Assembly: GCA_045617125.1 (NCBI GenBank)
Contig: JAZLIA010000056.1
Span: 4,612-36,611, forward strand
Direction of reading: 5' to 3'
Origin: Clostridia bacterium
GTDB taxonomy: Bacteria; Bacillota; Clostridia; Christensenellales; Aristaeellaceae
Length of the DNA stretch: 32,000 bases
In this document: positions 1-5,739 of the stretch, one piece after another
Layout: the number at the start of each line of letters is the position of its first letter
Numbering within the stretch: the first letter of the stretch is position 1
Made by a program: the position numbers and the translations under genes
Notes under the pieces: generated by a model
The model's database searches: none
What the model was told of the DNA's origin: nothing
Seen by the model: only the letters and a program-made list of their open reading frames with translations

Positions 1-1204
1 GGATAAAGCCGTTCACGATCGCACCGGCTGCCTGTTCGGAAATATCGCCGTCCCGGGCCAGGTCTTTCATCAGCTCAGCCCGGGTGATCGGGTGTTTAAG
101 AAGCTGATACAGATATGCGCCGGTTTCCGTGAGGCGCAGATGACCGCTGTAATCCCGCTGAAGCTCCGGGGACAAAGCCACCATGTTTATCTTTCCCGTA
201 CGGATCAGACGAGTCCCCTCTTTCAGGCACAGCACGGCATCCTCTGCAAAATGTTCGGGACACCGTTTGGCTGCCTTTTCCGCTTCCTCATTCATCCGGT
301 ATTCTTCCTGCATCTGCTCCGTCTTTTGCTTCGAGCTTTGCTGCTGCTGCAGATAAAGCGAATACTGCTTCTGTGCTTCCCTGATCCCCGCCTGCAAGAC
401 CCGATACTCAGGAAAATCCGCGGCATATTTCCAGAATTCATCACCGAAAGGACGCACATAGGAAAACTTCCACGGTTTTCTGCTTCCGCACCAATGCAGG
501 ATGAGCGTTTCATCCGGGAGCGCTTCTTCTTCCCCAAGGGTAAACTCTTCCAGATTGAAGCGGCGGCTTTCGCATATTCTCACCTGGCGGTAAAACGCCA
601 GGTTCAAAATATCCTGATCGCCAAGCAGCAATCTGTCGCCAAAGCCGTCCGCAATCTGACGGTAGAGATCGGGGGCCAGCTTTTCCCGCTGGGCTTTCAG
701 GTCAAACAGGAGCACACCGGCATTGAAATACACCACATCCTCCGGGAAAATGCCCTGACAGAGGCGGTTATATTTCGTTGTCTCCGAGCCAAGCTCACAG
801 CGGCACGCGGCCATCAGGTTTCCTTCCAGGTCCTGATGGTAAAATTCCTCCAGATCTCCGCGGATCACGAGATCCCCGTCCAGATACAGCACTCTTTCCA
901 CATCGGGCGGCAGAAGCTGAGCGGCAAACAGGCGAAAATAGGTCTCTCCCGTGATCCACGGACAACGCAGCGGCGGAGCACAGGGATCTTCTTCCGTGAC
1001 ATGGATCCATTCCACTTTTGCATGTCCGCTTTTTTCCGCGTCAGCGTTCAAAAGCGCCTTCGCGGTCTGATTCAGTTCGCGGAACATGACAAAAAGGCGC
1101 ACAGGACAGTTATTGTGCGCCAGAAAAGAATGAAACATGACCCTGGTGGGCATAAAATAGTCGTTGTTGACCGCAACTAACAGGTTCAACCATTCCTCTT
1201 TCAT
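1..1204 (-). CDS. GT8-family glycosyltransferase fused to a C-terminal PqqD-like RiPP recognition element (partial; C-terminus lies beyond the window start)
   Basis: Absent from the ORF track because no stop codon lies in the window. Hand translation of the minus strand from ATG 1204-1202 (GGAGGG at 1216-1211, 6 nt spacer) stays open for 401 codons to base 2. GT8 signature blocks: MKEEWLNLLVAVNNDYFMPTRVMFHSFLAHN, YFRLFAAQLLP, VLYLDGDLVIRGDL (DxD), YFNAGVLLFDL, GDQDILN, ILHWCGSRKPW. A Q/E-rich linker follows, then HLRLTETGAYLYQLLKHPITRAELMKDLARDGDISEQAAGAIVNGFI, which reads like a PqqD/RRE winged-helix domain. The + strand ORF 92..1180 is its antisense shadow. Confidence 0.8.
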   Translation of the reverse strand, partial: MKEEWLNLLVAVNNDYFMPTRVMFHSFLAHNNCPVRLFVMFRELNQTAKALLNADAEKSGHAKVEWIHVTEEDPCAPPLRCPWITGETYFRLFAAQLLPPDVERVLYLDGDLVIRGDLEEFYHQDLEGNLMAACRCELGSETTKYNRLCQGIFPEDVVYFNAGVLLFDLKAQREKLAPDLYRQIADGFGDRLLLGDQDILNLAFYRQVRICESRRFNLEEFTLGEEEALPDETLILHWCGSRKPWKFSYVRPFGDEFWKYAADFPEYRVLQAGIREAQKQYSLYLQQQQSSKQKTEQMQEEYRMNEEAEKAAKRCPEHFAEDAVLCLKEGTRLIRTGKINMVALSPELQRDYSGHLRLTETGAYLYQLLKHPITRAELMKDLARDGDISEQAAGAIVNGFI

Positions 1205-1232
1205 CAGAATCCCTCCGGTATTGATGATGTTA

Positions 1233-1265
1233 CCGCCCCGGAACGCATTCCGCTTTCCGGGGCGG
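1233..1265 (-). promoter_or_regulatory. GC-rich stem-loop between the last precursor gene and the glycosyltransferase gene (no U-tract; candidate attenuator or mRNA-processing/stability element)
   Basis: Perfect 10 bp inverted repeat, ccgccccgga (1233-1242) and tccggggcgg (1256-1265), with a 13 nt loop. It sits in the 112 nt gap between the stop at 1317 and the ATG at 1204. No T-run follows on either strand. Confidence 0.55.
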
Positions 1266-1316
1266 ATCTGACATTTCCAGCTGCTGCCTTTCTACGCCGG
1301 GATCAATGCGTTATGT

Positions 1317-1499
1317 TTACTGATCATCAAGATGACAATAATTGGACGGTATAAAACGTAACTGTTTCATTTTGTTGTTATTCGTAAAGATAGCGCCCCC
1401 GCTTACCTGCTCCAGTTCTTCTTCCGTCAGCTCCGCAAGCTTAACCTTCAATGCATGAAGTTCTTCCTTAAGGGCATCCAGTTCCTGCCTGGTTTTCAT
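1317..1499 (-). CDS. RiPP/bacteriocin-like precursor peptide P1 (60 aa; double-glycine leader 1499..1395, core AIFTNNNKMKQLRFIPSNYCHLDDQ)
   Basis: ORF track peptide MKTRQELDALKEELHALKVKLAELTEEELEQVSGG|AIFTNNN... GGAGGAA RBS at 1512-1506. The leader is near-identical to the two upstream paralogs and the core is unrelated. ELxxEELEQVSGG matches the double-glycine leader consensus. Confidence 0.8.
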   Translation of the reverse strand: MKTRQELDALKEELHALKVKLAELTEEELEQVSGGAIFTNNNKMKQLRFIPSNYCHLDDQ

Positions 1500-1517
1500 T
1501 GTTCATTCCTCCATCAA

Positions 1518-1700
1518 TCAAAGATATCTGAATTTTCCCTCTTCAACTATGCCTTTTATGTCTTTCACGCTCTTGCCCGTGAAGACAGCGCCTCCGCTCA
1601 CCTGCTCCAGTTCCTCTTCCGTCAGCTCCGCGAGCTTATCCTTCAATGCATAAAGTTCTTCCTTAAGGGCATCCAGTTCCTGCTTTGTCTGCATCATCAT
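1518..1700 (-). CDS. RiPP/bacteriocin-like precursor peptide P2 (60 aa; leader 1700..1590, core AVFTGKSVKDIKGIVEEGKFRYL)
   Basis: MMMQTKQELDALKEELYALKDKLAELTEEELEQVSGG|AVFTGKS... GGAGGAATG context directly upstream. It shares a 111 nt stretch, identical by manual comparison, with P3 that covers the leader plus AVFTG. Only 18 nt separate it from the P1 start. Confidence 0.8.
   Translation of the reverse strand: MMMQTKQELDALKEELYALKDKLAELTEEELEQVSGGAVFTGKSVKDIKGIVEEGKFRYL
1573..1683 (-). repeat. 111 nt direct repeat, copy A (leader-coding part of P2)
   Basis: The string ttgcccgtgaagacagcgcctccgctcacctgctccag...catccagttcctgc is identical base for base, by manual comparison, to 1952-2062. A diverged third copy lies at about 1393-1499 in P1, with a handful of substitutions. 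Confidence 0.9.
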
Positions 1701-1815
1701 TCCTCCATCCTGTTTTTATGGTCCATCTGCATATACGAAAATGATCCTCATGGCGGCCAGTCGGATATGAAGAATGATGATTTTTTCTTCCCGAAGGTCT
1801 TCCGCCCCGATCTTA

Positions 1816-2073
1816 TCATCTTTTTATAAACTCATTTTCATCCGTGCCCTCAAGCTTATTATTCAGCTTTCCCTTTGCATTAGGCTCGATCAGCTCATCT
1901 TCAAGATAAAGAAAACCGAGCGGGCCCGCAAGGAGATTTTTTATTCTGGTATTGCCCGTGAAGACAGCGCCTCCGCTCACCTGCTCCAGTTCCTCTTCCG
2001 TCAGCTCCGCGAGCTTATCCTTCAATGCATAAAGTTCTTCCTTAAGGGCATCCAGTTCCTGCCTGGTCTTCAT
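1816..2073 (-). CDS. RiPP/bacteriocin-like precursor peptide P3 (85 aa; leader 2073..1969, 50-aa core AVFTGNTRIKNLLAGPLGFLYLEDELIEPNAKGKLNNKLEGTDENEFIKR)
   Basis: MKTRQELDALKEELYALKDKLAELTEEELEQVSGG|AVFTGNT... AAAGGAGGAA RBS at 2090-2081. It is the first gene downstream of a near-consensus promoter at 2236-2208. Confidence 0.8.
   Translation of the reverse strand: MKTRQELDALKEELYALKDKLAELTEEELEQVSGGAVFTGNTRIKNLLAGPLGFLYLEDELIEPNAKGKLNNKLEGTDENEFIKR
1952..2062 (-). repeat. 111 nt direct repeat, copy B (leader-coding part of P3)
   Basis: Identical to 1573-1683. Identity stops 2 nt after the AVFTG codons on one side and at leader codon 4 on the other. Weaker homology, roughly 70% by eye, continues about 80 nt upstream of both genes (1701-1780 versus 2074-2150). 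Confidence 0.9.
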
Positions 2074-2207
2074 CGTTCATTCCTCCTTTAAATATCATTG
2101 TGGTCCCATGATATATACGAAGATGGTTGATAGGATGGCTGATCGGTATAAAACTTTTTTCAGGATCATGTTCTTTTCCGTTTTTCCGCACCGATCATTC
2201 CGCCTTG

Positions 2208-2236
2208 ATTATACCACTTATATTTCCCCATTGCAA
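2208..2236 (-). promoter_or_regulatory. Sigma-A type promoter driving the precursor array (-35 TTGCAA, 17 nt spacer, extended -10 TGGTATAAT)
   Basis: The minus strand reads gcaTTTGCAAtggggaaatataagtggTATAATcaagg. The -35 is at 2236-2231 and the -10 at 2213-2208. The ROK stop codon (2220-2218) lies inside the spacer. The predicted 5' UTR to the P3 ATG is about 125 nt. Confidence 0.55.
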
Positions 2237-3363
2237 ATGCCGCTCATATACCTGCGGGTCAGATAAATGCCCGCGCCGATCGCGGCAGAATCATCCGTAT
2301 ACAGGCTGGTTCTGATCCTGACCTTTTCGCAGTCGAACGGGCATTCCGCCTGCACCATCCTTTCAAGCAATTCCACATCCGAAGGGAGCATATAGCGAAG
2401 CAGATACCCGCACAGCACATATTCCGTGTCCATCAGCATGCGGATGTTGCTGATGGTCAGCGCCAGATCATGCAGATATCTATTCCACACCGCCGCAGCC
2501 TTCTTATCCCCCGCACGCAGCTTGATAAAAAAATCCCGCAGCTTTTCTCCGGCATTCCTCTGCAGGGCATAGGCGGAGCAGTACGCCTCTATGCAGCCTT
2601 TTTTTCCGCAATAGCACTTTTCGCCGCCGGGATACAGGCACATGTGCTCGATCACGCTGCTGCTCAGCTCAATGCCCTGATATACCTTTCCGTTCACAAT
2701 GACCGCGCCGCCGAAATACCGGTTCAGATACAGCAGTACGGCATCCTTCATATCCTTCTGGATCCACGATTCCGCAAGCGCGGATGCCTCCGTATCATGC
2801 ATCATGGAGCAGGGATACGGGATGCAGCGTTCAAACTTCTCCAACAGCCTTTCTCCGCTGCATTCGAGGATCCTGCCGAACAGGAGCGAACCGCCGTCCC
2901 TGGAAACCAGCCCCTGTATCGCTATAGACACGCCCAGCACCTGCCCTTTTTCCGGATGAAGCTGCAAAAGCTGGCTCTCCGTCACTTCCGCGATCCTTTC
3001 GAAATAATCGTCCGTGCAGGAAAACATCCTCTGCTCATCAAAGGATCGCAGGGGCTTTCCGTACAGATCCACCACGACCACATGAAAGTATTCTTTTTGT
3101 ACGGCAATGCCCACAGCCACTTTTTTCGCAGCGGCAAACTGATACACCCTTGCTTTTCTGCCGCCGGTGGAATGATACATCCCCGTGCGCAGGATCATTC
3201 CCTGTTCCTCCCACAGCTTCAGGTTTTGGCTCACCGTGGGAAGGCTCATTTTCAGTTCCTGCGCGATCTGCTGTTTGGAAACCCCTTCCGATCCATACAC
3301 ATATCTGAGCAGCCGCAGCGAGTTTTGCTCTCTGACATCGGCGGTGGACAGTGTCTCCCCCAT
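2218..3363 (-). CDS. ROK-family transcriptional regulator (NagC/XylR-like)
   Basis: 381 aa. N-terminal wHTH (VSKQQIAQELKMSLPTVSQNLKLWEEQGMI), a sugar-kinase-like fold, and the ROK zinc motif CYCGKKGCIEAYCS. Confidence 0.85.
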   Translation of the reverse strand: MGETLSTADVREQNSLRLLRYVYGSEGVSKQQIAQELKMSLPTVSQNLKLWEEQGMILRTGMYHSTGGRKARVYQFAAAKKVAVGIAVQKEYFHVVVVDLYGKPLRSFDEQRMFSCTDDYFERIAEVTESQLLQLHPEKGQVLGVSIAIQGLVSRDGGSLLFGRILECSGERLLEKFERCIPYPCSMMHDTEASALAESWIQKDMKDAVLLYLNRYFGGAVIVNGKVYQGIELSSSVIEHMCLYPGGEKCYCGKKGCIEAYCSAYALQRNAGEKLRDFFIKLRAGDKKAAAVWNRYLHDLALTISNIRMLMDTEYVLCGYLLRYMLPSDVELLERMVQAECPFDCEKVRIRTSLYTDDSAAIGAGIYLTRRYMSGICNGEI

Positions 3364-3467
3364 GCGCTACCCCATCCCTTATATCATATTCTTTGTTTAA
3401 TCTATCATATTTCTATAAGAAAGACAAGCCGTAATGACGCATCTGAAACAGAAACGCGAAATGACTC

Positions 3468-3497
3468 TTGACTTTTTCCAAATTTCAGTGATATGAT
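3468..3497 (+). promoter_or_regulatory. Candidate sigma-A promoter for the dehydrogenase pair (-35 TTGACT, 18 nt spacer, extended -10 TGATATGAT)
   Basis: TTGACT at 3468-3473 and TATGAT at 3492-3497, preceded by TGA. It lies in the divergent intergenic region between the ROK gene and the first dehydrogenase. Confidence 0.45.
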
Positions 3498-3562
3498 AGT
3501 TTAGATTTGAAAAGCATTTTTACAAAAGTTCTTGCTTTGCCAGTTTGAAAGGAGACCCTATC

Positions 3563-4597
3563 ATGTTACAGCAGGTGATGACAGCCCCCGGAAAGATCCT
3601 TTTCAGAGAGATCGAAAAGCCCCAGCCCGCAGCGGACGAGGTGGTCGTCCGGATCATGAAGATCGGCGTATGCGGAAGCGACATCCATGTTTATCACGGA
3701 AAACACCCCTTCACCAAATATCCGGTCACGCAGGGACACGAAGTTTCCGGAAAGATCGAAGCTCTCGGCAGCGCCGTCACCGAATTCCGGATCGGTCAGA
3801 AGGTCACGATCGAGCCTCAGGTCTATTGCGGAAAGTGCTATCCCTGCACGCACGGCAAGTATAACCTGTGTGAGGAGCTGAAAGTGATGGGGTTCCAGAC
3901 CACCGGCACCGCCAGCAAATATTTCGCCGTGAAAGCGTCCAAGGTGACGCCTCTTCCTGAAAGCATGACCTATAACGAAGGCGCGATGATCGAGCCACTG
4001 GCCGTCACGGTCCACGCAGCCAAACGGGCCGGCGACATAAAGGACAAAAAGATCGCCGTGCTGGGCGCGGGCCCCATCGGCATCCTGCTTGCGCAAAGCG
4101 TAAAAGCGCTCGGGGCAAAGGAAGTGCTGATCACCGATATCAGCCCCTTCCGTCTGCAGCTTGCGAAGACCTGCGGAGCCGATCATGCCGTGAACACGCG
4201 TGAAGAGGATTTCGGCGAGGCGCTCATCCGCTGCTTCGGTCCTGACAAGGCTGATGTGATCTACGACTGTGCGGGCAACGACATCACCATCAACCAGGCG
4301 ATCCGCTGTGCAAGAAAGGGCAGCACCATTATTCTGGTCGCAGTCTTCGCAGACATGGCAAAAGCGGACATGGCCGTGCTCAACGATCATGAGCTGGACC
4401 TGAACAGCAGCATGATGTACCGCCATGAAGACTATGTTGAAGCCATCCGCCTTGTTAATGAGGGCAGGATCCAGCTGAAACCGCTTATGAGCAAGCACTT
4501 TGCATTTGCTGATTACGCGAAGGCATATCAGTTTATCGACGCTAACCGTGAAACCACCATGAAGGTGCTCATCGACGTTGATGACAGTGAAGAATAA
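3563..4597 (+). CDS. Zn-dependent alcohol/polyol dehydrogenase (MDR family, sorbitol/threonine dehydrogenase-like)
   Basis: GVCGSDIHVYHG, GHEVSGKIEALG, structural-Zn lobe CGKCYPCTHGKYNLC, NAD fold VLGAGPIGIL. I prefer ATG 3563 (AAAGGAG 8 nt upstream) over the TTG at 3545 used by the track. Confidence 0.85.
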   Translation: MLQQVMTAPGKILFREIEKPQPAADEVVVRIMKIGVCGSDIHVYHGKHPFTKYPVTQGHEVSGKIEALGSAVTEFRIGQKVTIEPQVYCGKCYPCTHGKYNLCEELKVMGFQTTGTASKYFAVKASKVTPLPESMTYNEGAMIEPLAVTVHAAKRAGDIKDKKIAVLGAGPIGILLAQSVKALGAKEVLITDISPFRLQLAKTCGADHAVNTREEDFGEALIRCFGPDKADVIYDCAGNDITINQAIRCARKGSTIILVAVFADMAKADMAVLNDHELDLNSSMMYRHEDYVEAIRLVNEGRIQLKPLMSKHFAFADYAKAYQFIDANRETTMKVLIDVDDSEE

Positions 4598-4656
4598 AAA
4601 TAAATCAGCAGGACCGCAAGACCGCATGCAAACGCATGCTGAAAGGAGATGCTCCC

Positions 4657-5685
4657 ATGAGAAGCTGCTACTATCTTGGAAACAGGCAGTTTGAGGTGCG
4701 TGAAGAGCCCGTTCCTGCCCCCGGGGCGGAGGAAGTGCTGGTAAAGGTGGATTCCTGCGGCGTCTGCGGCACTGATGTTCACATTTATCACGGCGATAAG
4801 GGCTCTGCCGAGGTGATCCCTCCCGTGGTGCTGGGACACGAGTTTGCCGGCACGGTAGTGAGCGTAGGAAGCCGGGTAACCGGCTTGAAAGCAGGGGATC
4901 ATGTGACGGTGGATCCCAACATCTACTGCGGAAAATGTCACTATTGCCGCATCGGCAAAAAACAGCTGTGTGAAAATCTGTACGCCATCGGCGTCAACCG
5001 CAACGGAGGCTTCGCGGAATACTGCGTTGCCCCGGAGACCCAGTGTTACCTTCTTTCCCCCGAAGTGCCCCTCGAATACGGCGCCATGGCAGAACCCCTC
5101 GCCTGCTGCCTGCACGGTATCGAACAGGCAGGCATCTGCCCCGGCAGCACGGTATGCGTGCTGGGCGGCGGCGCGATCGGCCTGATCATGGTGCAATTGG
5201 CCCGCCTTTCCGGCGCGTCAAAAGTGATTCTGAGCGAACCGGTGGAAATGCGAAGGAACATCGGGCTTGAATTGGGAGCCGACGCGGCGGTCGATCCCAT
5301 CCATGAGGATCTGCCCGCCCGTGTGCGGGAATTGCTCGGCACGCCAGGCCCCGATGTGGTGATCGAGTGCGTCGGCAACCCTGCCGCTGCACAGCAGGCC
5401 CTGAGCATCGTAAAGCGTGGCACCGCCGTGCTCCTGTTCAGCGTGCCCCAGGCCGGGACCTCGGTTTCCCTTTCGCTGGACGATGTGTACCACAAGGAGC
5501 TGAAGATCACAGGCTCCCTCATCAATCCCGACACTCATGGCCGTGCCGCCGCGCTGATCAACAGCGGATGCATCCGCCTGGACTGCATCGAGACGCATAC
5601 TTTTCCCATTGAAAAGCTGGAAGACGCGATTTTGATGCAGCAAAGCAACGAATCGCTGAAGGTTCTGGTAAAACCCGGCCTCTGA
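4657..5685 (+). CDS. Zn-dependent alcohol/polyol dehydrogenase (MDR family), paralog of the preceding gene
   Basis: GVCGTDVHIYHG, GHEFAGTVVSVG, CGKCHYCRIGKKQLC, VLGGGAIGLI. ATG 4657 has GAAAGGAG upstream; the track start at 4636 lacks an RBS. Confidence 0.85.
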   Translation: MRSCYYLGNRQFEVREEPVPAPGAEEVLVKVDSCGVCGTDVHIYHGDKGSAEVIPPVVLGHEFAGTVVSVGSRVTGLKAGDHVTVDPNIYCGKCHYCRIGKKQLCENLYAIGVNRNGGFAEYCVAPETQCYLLSPEVPLEYGAMAEPLACCLHGIEQAGICPGSTVCVLGGGAIGLIMVQLARLSGASKVILSEPVEMRRNIGLELGADAAVDPIHEDLPARVRELLGTPGPDVVIECVGNPAAAQQALSIVKRGTAVLLFSVPQAGTSVSLSLDDVYHKELKITGSLINPDTHGRAAALINSGCIRLDCIETHTFPIEKLEDAILMQQSNESLKVLVKPGL

Positions 5686-5695
5686 TAACATAAGC

Positions 5696-5739
5696 AAAAA
5701 CCGTCGGCCCCTCTGTTTGCAGGCACGACGGCTTTTTTT
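5696..5739. terminator. Probable bidirectional intrinsic terminator between convergent genes
   Basis: aaaaaCCGTCGgcccctctgtttgcaggcaCGACGGcttttttt: an A-run, a 6 bp outer stem (5701-5706 / 5726-5731) with possible inner pairing, then T7. The stem is short, so confidence is moderate. Confidence 0.5.

Noticed and set aside
92-1180. 362-aa + strand ORF, the longest track ORF at the left edge
   Set aside because: The sequence is low-complexity and rich in Leu, Arg and Phe, with no recognisable motifs and no RBS. The opposite strand encodes a complete set of GT8 motifs in one open frame, so this is an antisense shadow ORF.
1701-1815. Possible terminator or extra small ORF between P3 and P2
   Set aside because: Only weak 4 bp pairings occur next to the A/T runs, and no ORF has an RBS. 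The segment is better explained as a diverged copy of the P3 upstream UTR.
1573-2062. The 111 nt identical direct repeats as a CRISPR array, IS terminal repeats or a MITE
   Set aside because: There are only two identical copies plus one diverged copy, all in-frame inside coding leaders, with unequal spacing. No cas genes, transposase or target-site duplications are present.
1455-2091. + strand ORFs 1455..1829 (124 aa) and 1774..2091 (105 aa) overlapping the small peptide genes
   Set aside because: They are antisense to the three minus-strand genes, which have strong GGAGGA ribosome binding sites and a conserved-leader, variable-core pattern. The + ORFs repeat only because they mirror the leader repeat.
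3566-4627. 353-aa minus-strand ORF covering the first dehydrogenase gene
   Set aside because: The + strand frame carries all MDR dehydrogenase motifs. The minus ORF is a shadow frame typical of a high-GC region.
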